Virus record (IMG/VR): IMGVR_UViG_3300050336_000035
Span: 103,494 to 167,493 of that record
Direction: 5' to 3' (one strand)
Origin: a virus
Taxonomy: Duplodnaviria; Caudoviricetes
Length of the DNA: 64,000 nucleotides
Below, in pieces: positions 47,999-58,017 of this stretch. The notes below the pieces were generated by a model. That model ran no database searches and was not told the origin of the DNA. It saw only the letters and a program-made list of their open reading frames with translations. The position numbers and the translations under genes are program-made. Numbering within the stretch: the stretch's first letter is position 1; each line of letters begins with the position of its first letter.

Positions 47999-49093
47999 TT
48001 ATATATTTTCTGATTCGTCATCGGTATCTTCAAGTTTTTTCATTATATCTTCAACACTCTCGGAAAATTGAGTATTCTGATTATCAAATATACCTTTTAA
48101 TTTTTCTACTTCTTTCCATTTCCTATCTTTATCTTCTATATCATTGTAGATATTAAACATGGCAGTACCACTTTTCCATTTCATAACTGCAACAATAAAA
48201 TCACTACTACAACCTTTCCTTGTAAGGTCACTTACGATAAAATGTCTAAACATATGTGCGTAAGATGGTGCGTTAAGGAACTTTTCCCAATATAAAAGCC
48301 AACTTCTTACTGTTGATTCTTTTATTGGTTCACCATTACTTTTTATAAACATTGCATTATGCTCTTTATTATTTCTTTTCATAATTTCTTCTCTAACTGG
48401 AAGCCATTGTTTATATATAGGTAGAAACACATCTTTTATCAAAAAACGGGTCATCATAAACCCATTTTTACCATGCCCTTTAGTTTTAATCTCATCTGTA
48501 GTCTCTAAAAATAAATCATCAAAGGCAGTATGATTTTCATCAATTAAATCAGTCGTAATTCTAAGCGATTCACTAATTCTAGCTCCACTTGACGCTAAAA
48601 GCATTAAATATGTAGCCTGTTGTAATTTATTTTTACTTATTAAATGGTCTCTTAGTTGATAAACTTGTTCAGGTAATACTACCGTTTTCTTTCTTACTGG
48701 TATTTTAGGTATTTTGGGTACTGCTTTATTTATTAATGATTTAAAATCTGGATAATCTTCATCAAGATAATCTACTATAAAATCAGAAAAACTTGACATC
48801 AAACTACGAACTCTTGAATATCTATTACTACTCCATTTTAATTCCATTAAACCATAATCAAAAAATTCTGATATTTCTATTTTCTTTGTCTCAATAAAAA
48901 ACTTATTATTATTTTCAATTAAATTGTAACAAAAATAAATATTCAAATCAGAGGTGTAACCAGCTATAGTTTTGTCAGAGCATTTTGCATTTTTATTTTT
49001 CAAAAACTTATTTACTAACTTTTTGTTTTCGGGATTGATTTGTTCAATTAATTCTGGTGAAGTTATTATTTTTTTAAACGTTTTCCTTGGCAT
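47999..49093 (-). CDS. Tyrosine recombinase within the tail module
   Basis: SGARISE, KTKG, HMFRH, MKW, FNIY; probable ATG 49093 behind AAGGAGG. Confidence 0.9.
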   Translation of the reverse strand: MPRKTFKKIITSPELIEQINPENKKLVNKFLKNKNAKCSDKTIAGYTSDLNIYFCYNLIENNNKFFIETKKIEISEFFDYGLMELKWSSNRYSRVRSLMSSFSDFIVDYLDEDYPDFKSLINKAVPKIPKIPVRKKTVVLPEQVYQLRDHLISKNKLQQATYLMLLASSGARISESLRITTDLIDENHTAFDDLFLETTDEIKTKGHGKNGFMMTRFLIKDVFLPIYKQWLPVREEIMKRNNKEHNAMFIKSNGEPIKESTVRSWLLYWEKFLNAPSYAHMFRHFIVSDLTRKGCSSDFIVAVMKWKSGTAMFNIYNDIEDKDRKWKEVEKLKGIFDNQNTQFSESVEDIMKKLEDTDDESENI

Positions 49094-49136
49094 TATGTCG
49101 TTCCTCCTTATGTTATAAATTATTTTATTAATTATA

Positions 49137-49165
49137 TTGACAATCTTATACAAAGGAGGTATAAT
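49137..49165 (+). promoter_or_regulatory. Consensus sigmaA promoter pointing away from the recombinase gene
   Basis: TTGACA-17 bp-TATAAT. Confidence 0.85.
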
Positions 49166-49171
49166 TCAATT

Positions 49172-49252
49172 GTTGAATACCTCCGTATTGGAGTATTGCG
49201 AACTGAGAGTCTATTTCTAAACTTTGGTCGGTGCAGAATAGGCTCTCTTTTA
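49172..49252 (+). ncRNA. Candidate ~80-nt sRNA antisense to the recombinase leader
   Basis: Promoter, then small hairpin and terminator GAGAGTCTATT...AATAGGCTCTC-TTTT; no ORF. Confidence 0.55.
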
Positions 49253-49261
49253 TTTTAATAA

Positions 49262-49277
49262 TAGAATAGCGATTTTA
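49262..49277. repeat. Isolated boundary site upstream of the recombinase
   Basis: On -: TAAAA-tcgcta-TTCTA, starting with the stop codon of 49275..49775. Confidence 0.7.
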
Positions 49278-49775
49278 TGCACATTTATATCCTTTAGCTG
49301 ACAATAATTCTTTCATTCTAACCTTTAAATAATTATCTTCTTTAATCCAATCAATTGTTCTCTCAACCATATGTATACCTGTATAAGAATGAATACTTGA
49401 ATGTTGACCTTCTTCTATCCACAAAGGTAATAATTCACCGTAACTCATTCCATTATATGAATTTGAACCATCTGTAATATTCATATGAGCAGGGAACATA
49501 CCAATATCAGAAGTGGGTACAGGAACTATTTTATTTTCATCAAAATATATTTCGACTTGTAGTGTATTGCCTAGTTTTTTAACTGGAGAAACAGTAAGAG
49601 AATTAATTAACATATCTGTACGTTCATAATGTGAGGGCATATATGAACGATACCAATCATTAAGAAGTGTAGTGCGAAGATAAGATTTTACTTCTTCTCC
49701 AATTTTACTTAAATTATTATATGCCTGTTGTTCAATCATTTTCATAAGTTCTGAAATATTATTAGCAGTAGGCAT
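49275..49775 (-). CDS. Putative tail completion protein (HK97 gp10-like)
   Basis: Y.P..YERT..L..S motif; position in the tail module. Confidence 0.55.
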   Translation of the reverse strand: MPTANNISELMKMIEQQAYNNLSKIGEEVKSYLRTTLLNDWYRSYMPSHYERTDMLINSLTVSPVKKLGNTLQVEIYFDENKIVPVPTSDIGMFPAHMNITDGSNSYNGMSYGELLPLWIEEGQHSSIHSYTGIHMVERTIDWIKEDNYLKVRMKELLSAKGYKCA

Positions 49776-49908
49776 TATACTTCACCGCCTAGTTCTTTGA
49801 TTTTCTTTTTGAAACGTTCGATGTGAGAAGTATAATATTCTCTGTCAGAATAATCCTTACAATTGACTAAAGTTTCTTCAAATATTCGTATTATTTCCTT
49901 ATATGTGT

Positions 49909-50148
49909 CTATTTCAGATTTTGACATAAATTATCACCATCCAATTTACAATTACAAGTTATAAAGGGTTTATAATTTGGATTATCTAAATATGTAATTT
50001 GAGGATATGTAAAAGGATATGAGGGAGTGTAGGTAGGATTATATGTATCTTTTATTTCTTCTTCGACTATTGTTTCTGTTTCTTTAATTAAATTACCTGT
50101 ATTTTCATCATATTCTCTTATTATGGTTGTAGTTCTGTTTATTTTCAT
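49909..50148 (-). CDS. Hypothetical protein
   Basis: ATG behind GAAAGG; MKINRTTTIIREYD. Confidence 0.6.
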   Translation of the reverse strand: MKINRTTTIIREYDENTGNLIKETETIVEEEIKDTYNPTYTPSYPFTYPQITYLDNPNYKPFITCNCKLDGDNLCQNLK

Positions 50149-50227
50149 ATATTTAATTCCTTTCAAAATAAAAACACAAGTATACATTTTTGTACACCTG
50201 TGTTTTTTTTATAAATAATAATAATAA

Positions 50228-50710
50228 TTATTCAGTTACTTCATCTTTTATTTCTGATTCAACAATAGATTTAATATCATTTATATTATTATCTTTAGCT
50301 AATTCAGCAATTCTCTCAGAAAATTTCTTCATATATTCAGTCGCTTTTTGAATTTCAGCTTTGTCAAAACTATTAACTAATGGTTCATATATTTCTAAAT
50401 CAACCATAGCATTTAAAATTCTTATTTGTTCCTCTAAATTATCTGTCTGAGCAATATCAATATCTGTAAAGTGCTTAATTAATAAGAACATATAATAACT
50501 AAGCTTTACGCCTTCATCATATTCTTTAAGTGCATTAAAATTAGTTAATGCTTCTACAATCATTTTCTGAAGCTTGCTTGGTTTAAATTTTTCATCTACT
50601 AGAACTTCATAATTTGTTTTACCAATTGATAATGTTATTTTCTTTTGATTAAATTCCTTAGAATAAGCGGAAAGGATAGTGCCTGAACTTAACTTATTAA
50701 CTTTTGACAT
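50228..50710 (-). CDS. Hypothetical protein, possible tail assembly chaperone
   Basis: RBS AGGAG; lies between major tail protein and TMP. Confidence 0.6.
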   Translation of the reverse strand: MSKVNKLSSGTILSAYSKEFNQKKITLSIGKTNYEVLVDEKFKPSKLQKMIVEALTNFNALKEYDEGVKLSYYMFLLIKHFTDIDIAQTDNLEEQIRILNAMVDLEIYEPLVNSFDKAEIQKATEYMKKFSERIAELAKDNNINDIKSIVESEIKDEVTE

Positions 50711-50834
50711 ATATGTATATACTCCTTTTAATTAAAAATATTTTTATTATACTTACAATTACATTATATTACCAAACACTCAAATTGTCAAATATTATTT
50801 TAATATCAATAAACACAATAAAATGTTACATTCA

Positions 50835-51284
50835 TCATTTATTTTTAGATTTCTTGCGTTCTTTTCTTCCTTTTTCAATTACTTCTATGTCAACCCAACC
50901 CCCATCAAGACGAGACCAATTGATACAACGAAGGATTTTATCAGCATATTTATAATCAAACAGTTTTCTTTTAAGTTTAAAATCATTCATAACCATACCT
51001 TTAACATCATATATAATTTCTGACTCATCACTATAAACCACACAAAAATCTGCTATGTATTCTATCTTGCGAATATTACGGTTGTACTTTTTATAGGCTT
51101 CTTGAAGTAAATAAACTGGTTGAATTTCAATAGATTTAACAATTCCTTGCTCTTGTTGTGACAAAAGATATTCATAAAATTTATACTCTATATCCGAATC
51201 AAAAGTGTAACCGTTTATAGTACGTTTCTTTTTTGCAGATTTAGAATTGTTTACATTAAATTTACTACGAGAAATAAAAATCAC
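50835..51284 (-). CDS. DUF1064-family PD-(D/E)XK nuclease
   Basis: FDSDIE, QP.Y.LQ, YIADF, DVKG, KRKLF. Confidence 0.85.
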   Translation of the reverse strand: MIFISRSKFNVNNSKSAKKKRTINGYTFDSDIEYKFYEYLLSQQEQGIVKSIEIQPVYLLQEAYKKYNRNIRKIEYIADFCVVYSDESEIIYDVKGMVMNDFKLKRKLFDYKYADKILRCINWSRLDGGWVDIEVIEKGRKERKKSKNK

Positions 51285-51531
51285 TCCTTATTTTTATATT
51301 TGTTTTATTTTGAAATTTGAGAATAGTTAATAGAAGGGAAGGGTGGAATTGAACCACCTACATATCTTCCCATGTTTAAAGTTGCTGAACAATCAGCTTT
51401 AGAATTTTAAAATTACCGTAAAAATAATAGAAAAATAGACTATAGAATCGTCTGAAATGAATTTTGAATATAATTTAAAGGGTAGGGGAGTCGAACCCAA
51501 AACTACCCTCTAAAGTATATATTTTTATGTA

Positions 51532-51984
51532 TTATTTGATTATCTTTAAAGATTTTAATATTTCAACTAGTCCAGTTATTAATCCAGCAATAGCTGCAAA
51601 TGGGATTCCATAAGTTTTAAGTTTATCTGTAAATTTTGATTTTTGAATTTCACGAATATCAATCTTATTTTTATCTTCATTATCATCTATTTGATTTTCA
51701 AGCTCATCAAATTTCTTGTAAACGTCATTTTTTAATTCTGTTACATCTTGTTTAATTTGTCTATTATCTTTAGTTAAAGTATCAAGACTAGAACTTACCT
51801 TCAATAAAGTATCACTTACATCTGATATTACTTTCGCTTGTCTTTCACTACTTTCACGAAACATATCAATGCTTATTTTTAGTTCCTTTATAGTACCAAA
51901 ATCTTCTCTATCATTATTTTCCAATTTAGACACTCTATCTTTTAAATCATTTATAACTTCTTCTTTAATACAGTTATTTTCCAT
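51532..51984 (-). CDS. Coiled-coil protein with C-terminal TM segment (holin/XhlA-like)
   Basis: Heptad repeats plus hydrophobic C-terminus. Confidence 0.55.
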   Translation of the reverse strand: MENNCIKEEVINDLKDRVSKLENNDREDFGTIKELKISIDMFRESSERQAKVISDVSDTLLKVSSSLDTLTKDNRQIKQDVTELKNDVYKKFDELENQIDDNEDKNKIDIREIQKSKFTDKLKTYGIPFAAIAGLITGLVEILKSLKIIK

Positions 51985-52176
51985 AGCATTACCTCCATAT
52001 GTTGTATATTAAATTTGAGAACAATAAATTATATTTTTAATTTATTTGACATACAGTTAAGATTATGCTAAACTATAACTGTATTATTTTTTAATACACC
52101 CACTTGAACGTTTAAAGGCTACCAACCTGTTTAAGTGGGTATTACATATTATATTTATTAAAAATAAAATAATTAA

Positions 52177-52356
52177 TTAAGGCGTAGTTATATACAAAGC
52201 TGCATCCTTATAAACTTGCCAAGTTGTGCCATCATAAATCCAATGTGAAGAGTCTGCTGTATCAAAAAGCCTAGCTCCTATGTCACCATTGGGTTTTTCT
52301 CCTGTACCAATATAAGATATTGGACTACGATTATTTGGTATAAATTTATATGCCAT
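52177..52356 (-). CDS. Small hypothetical protein, 59 aa (not in ORF track)
   Basis: MAYKFIPNN...GARLFDTAD..WIYDGTTW; RBS AAGGAG. Confidence 0.7.
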   Translation of the reverse strand: MAYKFIPNNRSPISYIGTGEKPNGDIGARLFDTADSSHWIYDGTTWQVYKDAALYITTP

Positions 52357-52386
52357 AAAGTACTCCTTTCTATGTGAATTTTTTAA

Positions 52387-52402
52387 TAAAATGTCATATT
52401 TA
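52387..52402. repeat. Isolated boundary-like site
   Basis: TAAAA-tgtcat-ATTTA upstream of the RBS of 52177..52356. Confidence 0.45.
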
Positions 52403-52493
52403 TATAGTTTTTTGTTTTTTTTTAGATATGAATAAAGTAAAAAAATAGGAAGTAGAAAAGTAGATTATTAACCTACAATCTACTTCCTATAAA

Positions 52494-52778
52494 TTATTCT
52501 TCGGTAATAGTTTCTTTCTTTTTATTTTTCTTTGCATCAAGTAATCCTTTTTGATAATTTTCTTCACAAAGTTGTTTTACAATATCTTTAAGTACAAAAC
52601 CAGTAACTATAAAATACTGAGCATCATCAAAATTAAAATCATAATCTTTAAAGTCTGATATAAATTTATTATCCTTTTCATCATTAATATAAAAATCTTT
52701 TATGTCATGCATTTGGTCGTTCTCAAAACTTTTTAATCTTATGTCAAATTTCATTCCATATGAATGTAAATCCTTCAT
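52494..52778 (-). CDS. Hypothetical protein
   Basis: RBS AAGGAG. Confidence 0.7.
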   Translation of the reverse strand: MKDLHSYGMKFDIRLKSFENDQMHDIKDFYINDEKDNKFISDFKDYDFNFDDAQYFIVTGFVLKDIVKQLCEENYQKGLLDAKKNKKKETITEE

Positions 52779-53042
52779 TCTGATTTTCTCCTTTCTTCTT
52801 CTAATTTTATATATTCATTAAAGTGACTAATACAACAGGCAATGTTCTTCCAATTAAATACTTTTCCATAGCAAGAAACACAAGGTTTTAACTCTTTTCC
52901 ACAAATCTTACAATACAATTTAATTGACATTGATACACATCCTTATTTAATTTATTCACACTATAAATCAATATTATAAAATCAAGAAATTAAATAAAGA
53001 GGGTAGGAGAGATATAAACTCCTACCCAAATTATTTTAATAA

Positions 53043-53852
53043 TTAAGAGAAATCAGTCTCATCATATATGTAGAGATTCCAAAGTTCATTTGCGCCACAA
53101 GCTTTTAAAGCTTCAAAATTCAAATTATGAACTGAAGGTTCACCATTAGCAGTAAGAGTGAAAGTATAACCTTCCTGAACTTTTGCCTTATCATAAACTA
53201 ACTGTCCTGCATAATCTTTACCAGTACATGTGTCTCTAAACAATCCATCAGCTATAACCTTGACATTCTTAGCAAAAATATCAGTTTTATTAACAATACG
53301 TTTACCACTTGCAAGTGTAGGTTTATAGAACATAATAACTTTTACACCATCTGCTAATTCTGCTGTATTAAATGTAACTTTTTTAGTTCCAGTAGTATAA
53401 GTAAATTTCCCAGCAGCTACAGTTGCAGCCTGAGTTAATGGAGTTCCAAGTGTTCCATCACTATTTAATACATATACAAAACCAATTTCTGCTCCAGTAG
53501 TACCAGTAGCTGTAAACTGAGTAGTCACAGCATCATCGGCTACAGTTTGTATATCAGTATAAGTAACTGATGTTGAATTAGTTAATTCTATAGTATCACT
53601 GCCTGTTTGCATAGCCAAAGCACCTTCAACTATAGTTGCATTCTGAGTATTAAGCATTGAAGTTTTGGAATGTCCGAATCCAATAACCTTTGGATTTCCA
53701 CGTCCACCTTGAGCATAAACAACTTCACCATTATTTTCCCAAGTTGTTTCTTTTAAATCATCAAGCAATGCTAAACATGAACCCGTTTCAAGGTCAAATG
53801 TTTTTATTTCAAAAACAGCTTGAACGGCAAATTTAGAAGTATCAACTGCCAT
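53043..53852 (-). CDS. Major tail protein
   Basis: Beta-rich Thr/Ala/Gly composition; position after neck genes; downstream terminator. Confidence 0.8.
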   Translation of the reverse strand: MAVDTSKFAVQAVFEIKTFDLETGSCLALLDDLKETTWENNGEVVYAQGGRGNPKVIGFGHSKTSMLNTQNATIVEGALAMQTGSDTIELTNSTSVTYTDIQTVADDAVTTQFTATGTTGAEIGFVYVLNSDGTLGTPLTQAATVAAGKFTYTTGTKKVTFNTAELADGVKVIMFYKPTLASGKRIVNKTDIFAKNVKVIADGLFRDTCTGKDYAGQLVYDKAKVQEGYTFTLTANGEPSVHNLNFEALKACGANELWNLYIYDETDFS

Positions 53853-53874
53853 ATTTATTTCCTCCTTTAATTAA

Positions 53875-54594
53875 TTAAATGTCTGATAACCAATCAATTT
53901 CTTCTTTATTTAATTGTTTTAAATCAACTGTTCCAAAATAATAACCATTCATTACTTTGTCATAGTTTTTTATTTTATTTAATCTCATTAATCCATCATT
54001 TATTTGATATACATATAAATCCCATACGTTTGTGTAATTAACTCCTGATGTATTTCCCCAAACCAAAGCAGAAACTTGATTCTTAAAAACAGATTTAAAT
54101 TCTTTATTTTTCTGCCGTTTAAGTTTTTTTCGTTCTTGTTCAATGATTTTTTTCTTAGTTATTGAATTAGCTGGATTAAATTTATACTGTGGATTAATGA
54201 AATTTATTTTTCTAATATAATCTGCAATTTGATGATAAGATAATTTGTCTAAAACAAAATCATTTTGTTTGTTATAAAGACACAACATTTGATTTTGATT
54301 ATTTTGACATAACAAAAAATCATCTATTCCCATAAACCACTTTAGTTCATTTGAATAATTATATGATTGAAACATCATTATAAACAAATCATATGCATCT
54401 ATTTGCTCATAATCTACTCCGATATCATCTAAAAAAACCATTGCATCATGTGGTTGAGTACAGAACAAATGAACTATTCTAAAGTAATTTTCTTCTCCAA
54501 ATTCAATTATGTCATTTAATGTGGGGTGTTTTAAAGTTATTTTATCATTAAGTTTAAACCCTAATCCTTTTAGAAGAGACAAATCATCTATCAT
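53875..54594 (-). CDS. Conserved phage morphogenesis protein
   Basis: Translationally coupled within the head-tail operon. Confidence 0.7.
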   Translation of the reverse strand: MIDDLSLLKGLGFKLNDKITLKHPTLNDIIEFGEENYFRIVHLFCTQPHDAMVFLDDIGVDYEQIDAYDLFIMMFQSYNYSNELKWFMGIDDFLLCQNNQNQMLCLYNKQNDFVLDKLSYHQIADYIRKINFINPQYKFNPANSITKKKIIEQERKKLKRQKNKEFKSVFKNQVSALVWGNTSGVNYTNVWDLYVYQINDGLMRLNKIKNYDKVMNGYYFGTVDLKQLNKEEIDWLSDI

Positions 54595-55106
54595 AATGAA
54601 CCACCTACATTACTATTATTAGTAAACATAAATGCCATTCTATAACCATACCAATAATCAGAATATTGAATTTCTGTCCAATCACTAAAGAAAATTTTAT
54701 TTATAGATATATCACTAATTTGTTTGTTATTAAATAATGAATCTAATCTATTTGAAATTTGATATGGTCTTAATCCAAATTCAAGTTCCCATGTATTTAA
54801 ATGACATAAAATATCAATTAAAAGAATCTCTTTTTTATATCCTGAATTTGACCATGGATTTGCTTTACCAAAATGAATATTTATCATTGTACCCATTTTA
54901 TCTTCAGCATTAGGTTTCTTAGGTAATGGAAATATTTTTGTAAACATTAATATATTATGGTCAAAGTCATTTTGTTTTAATGGCTCTTTATCATCATAAT
55001 AAATCAATTTACATAAGGAGGAGTCTGTCATTATTAATTCAATTATTTTATTTATAATTGTATCTAGTTCTTCAAAATGTCCAGCCATATTATCCTCCTT
55101 TACCAA
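54591..55106 (-). CDS. Putative tail terminator / neck protein
   Basis: Position; LRPY.I...LD..FN motif. Confidence 0.6.
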   Translation of the reverse strand: MVKEDNMAGHFEELDTIINKIIELIMTDSSLCKLIYYDDKEPLKQNDFDHNILMFTKIFPLPKKPNAEDKMGTMINIHFGKANPWSNSGYKKEILLIDILCHLNTWELEFGLRPYQISNRLDSLFNNKQISDISINKIFFSDWTEIQYSDYWYGYRMAFMFTNNSNVGGSL

Positions 55107-56380
55107 ACACCTTTAAGATTTATAGAAATACTATTTTCATATTCTTCACTCACACATTTAATTACAAGTGGGGAAGAAGAGTACATTTTTAAATTATCAA
55201 CTTTAAAATGATTACCATCTATAATAGTTAATTTATAATTTGCTGTTGGAACTCCACTAGCGGAAATAATAAAAGTATTAGATTGTTGATTATTATTTTT
55301 ATATAAATAAACTGAATATGTATTACTCTGTCCTTGAAGTATTTCAGTAATATTTTCAGCTATTCTAACCTCATAAACGTCAGAAACTACTTCATCAACT
55401 GTAATATCCATTTCTGTTTTAACTACTGGATTATCCCTCATTGATACCGAGACTATAGCTACACCTTCTTGCAATAATAAAAAAGTGATAGAATTGCCAT
55501 TCTGTTCTATGCTTACAATTTCTTCATCTGAAGATTCCCATATTAACGGTATATCTGATACTATATTTCCATTTAATTTTACTGTAGCTGATAGGGAAGA
55601 CGAATATGCAATGTTTTGTTCCAATGTATTTCCTTGGTCTATAGATATAGTATAGTTCGTTTGATAAGCATCTGCATAACCATTTTCAATATCATCTGTA
55701 GCATTATTTGATGGGTCATAATTCATTGTAAGTTTAATTAACTGTATACTATCATCATCAAACGTATTTTGATTTAAAAAATTGTTTATTCCTCCACCAC
55801 GTATTTTATATGCCACTCTGGGGCTTCCAAATAAAAATCTTTTATTACTTGGTATCATTTTTGTTTTAGCATTGTATTGAGCAGTTACATCTATGTATCC
55901 ATCGGGTGTAATTATATTACTGTTATTGTCATTTTGATTACTCATAATTTTATATTCTAAAATACAAGGTTCTTGAATTTTATTTCCAAATACATCTATC
56001 CATCTTAATAAATTATTACATCTTCTAATAACACATGATTTTGTTACATAATGATAATTGTCTGTACTAGTACATATAAATATATTATTATCAAATCTAA
56101 ATCTTTTCCCAATAAACACATCATGGTCTAGATTAGGAAAGATAAGTGTTCGCCAATCATCTCCCATTTTTTCACCAGTCTGTTTATCTGAAATTACATG
56201 ACAAATTCTACAAGTAGTATTTGAAAATTGTAGTGTCCCTCTAACATTTTCTTCTTCAATTGTATATACATTTGAAGCATTTTCAAATTCACTATCAATT
56301 AATGCTTGTAAACTTTCACTCCAGTATTCAGATGGGGTGGAGGATACTTCTCTCCACGAATTATAAAATGATAAAGCCAA
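55100..56380 (-). CDS. Head-tail joining protein with Ig-like domain
   Basis: RCNNLLRW; WESSDEEIVSI Ig-like segment. Confidence 0.65.
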   Translation of the reverse strand: MALSFYNSWREVSSTPSEYWSESLQALIDSEFENASNVYTIEEENVRGTLQFSNTTCRICHVISDKQTGEKMGDDWRTLIFPNLDHDVFIGKRFRFDNNIFICTSTDNYHYVTKSCVIRRCNNLLRWIDVFGNKIQEPCILEYKIMSNQNDNNSNIITPDGYIDVTAQYNAKTKMIPSNKRFLFGSPRVAYKIRGGGINNFLNQNTFDDDSIQLIKLTMNYDPSNNATDDIENGYADAYQTNYTISIDQGNTLEQNIAYSSSLSATVKLNGNIVSDIPLIWESSDEEIVSIEQNGNSITFLLLQEGVAIVSVSMRDNPVVKTEMDITVDEVVSDVYEVRIAENITEILQGQSNTYSVYLYKNNNQQSNTFIISASGVPTANYKLTIIDGNHFKVDNLKMYSSSPLVIKCVSEEYENSISINLKGVW

Positions 56381-56391
56381 ATATCCTCACC

Positions 56392-56745
56392 TCATTCCAT
56401 ATTATTAATTTCTTGAATAATCTTTTTACATAAACTAATACATTCCATAGTTAACCTTTTAACTTTTTGTTGTTCATCAATTTTTACTTCTTGAATCATT
56501 CCTTTTAAAATACTTATAAGTTTAATTGAGTTGTCAGAACAAAAGAACAATTGGCTATTTCCATAAACTTCAACAATTAAATTAGATAAATAAACCTGAT
56601 AATTTTTATATGCTTCTTCTTTAGAATATACAATACCAGATGTTTTATATTTTCTTCCTTCATATAAAGGCAAATTTTTAAAAATAGAATTAATTAAACC
56701 TTCATAATATTTTATAAGTAACTTTTTATATTCCAAAGTTACCAC
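56392..56745 (-). CDS. Hypothetical protein
   Basis: Coupled within the structural operon. Confidence 0.65.
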   Translation of the reverse strand: MVTLEYKKLLIKYYEGLINSIFKNLPLYEGRKYKTSGIVYSKEEAYKNYQVYLSNLIVEVYGNSQLFFCSDNSIKLISILKGMIQEVKIDEQQKVKRLTMECISLCKKIIQEINNME

Positions 56746-57184
56746 CTGCCCAATCAGTCCATGGAATATTATTTAATCCATATCTTGTTGTTTGAACATC
56801 ATTACGTTCAATTAGAATATTCTGTACTTCAATTTTACCCTTTAAATTTTGCTGTTCAGCATAATGTTTAAAATCTGTGTCATTTAAATGAAGTTCCATC
56901 TGTGTAATATCAAGAATTTGAGGAGTCATCCATTCAATAACTAAAAAATCTGACAGTATAACTTGTTCAGTCAAACTTAATTCACTATTAAATGTCTTGG
57001 TGGTCTTATTAAAATCTTCGAGATTTTTTTTACAACCTATAAATTTAGGAATTGCCTTAAATAAATATCCTTGTAACACATTCTTAAAATCTTCTTCTGA
57101 AATACCATATAACTTATCAAGTTTATAATCTCTAAAACTTACCAATGATAAATCATAAATTTCATCAAATGAGGTATTAGCCAT
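56726..57184 (-). CDS. Putative head-tail connector
   Basis: Position after the capsid genes. Confidence 0.6.
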   Translation of the reverse strand: MANTSFDEIYDLSLVSFRDYKLDKLYGISEEDFKNVLQGYLFKAIPKFIGCKKNLEDFNKTTKTFNSELSLTEQVILSDFLVIEWMTPQILDITQMELHLNDTDFKHYAEQQNLKGKIEVQNILIERNDVQTTRYGLNNIPWTDWAGGNFGI

Positions 57185-57196
57185 AAATTCACCTCA

Positions 57197-57940
57197 CTAT
57201 TCTTTATTTGTCATCTCTGACTCTTGAATTTTATCCCTAGCTACATCATAAATATTTTTACCATAAATACGACTTATAACATCAACTTTATTAACGTCAA
57301 CATCTTCACCGTCAATAATTTTCTTAATTAATATATTTACTATAGATTCTTTTTGAGCATCAGTTGTATTAGTAAATAAACTTATAATCTCATCTCTATT
57401 TTCATCTAAAATATGTTCAATCTTTTCTCTAGTCATAAATTTATTATAATATTCAACTAATCCATGATTTTTAACTACATTTTTATCAAAAACATAAAAT
57501 CTACCTTGTTCTGCAAAGGACTGTTGATGATGTATTAAATTTGCCAAATCAGCATATACTATGTTTTTTACATCTCCAAATTTATTAAATGTGAAAACTT
57601 TTCCTTGTCCTCGACCTTCAGTAGTTAAAACCAATTTTCCAAAATTTAAAGACATTACTTTTATATATTTATTTGGTTTTATTTCAAAATCATCATCTTC
57701 AACAAGAATTTCAGATTTTTCAATAGTATATTCAGGTTGTACTGTTGGTTGATTTTGAGTTAAATTAAATAAAAGTTTCTTAATTTCCTGCAATTCATTT
57801 TTTAATAATTCATTTTCTTTTTTTAATTCATTATCATTTTCTTTATTTACTGTTGTATTATCAACATTTTTAGCTTTAGTTTTATTAACATTAACTTCTA
57901 CTTTATTTGTATTTTTTGAACCTACAGGTCTTCCAGCCAT
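57197..57940 (-). CDS. Conserved phage protein downstream of the capsid gene
   Basis: RBS AAGGAG; 247 aa. Confidence 0.75.
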   Translation of the reverse strand: MAGRPVGSKNTNKVEVNVNKTKAKNVDNTTVNKENDNELKKENELLKNELQEIKKLLFNLTQNQPTVQPEYTIEKSEILVEDDDFEIKPNKYIKVMSLNFGKLVLTTEGRGQGKVFTFNKFGDVKNIVYADLANLIHHQQSFAEQGRFYVFDKNVVKNHGLVEYYNKFMTREKIEHILDENRDEIISLFTNTTDAQKESIVNILIKKIIDGEDVDVNKVDVISRIYGKNIYDVARDKIQESEMTNKE

Positions 57941-58017
57941 TATAAATCTCTCCTTTTATTCATAATTAATAATAGGGAGGGGATATAATCCACCTCCCAT
58001 ACTTATATTAATATTTG

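Noticed and set aside
51336-51513. Functional tRNA genes
   Set aside because: No D arm or anticodon arm; reported only as tRNA-like hairpins
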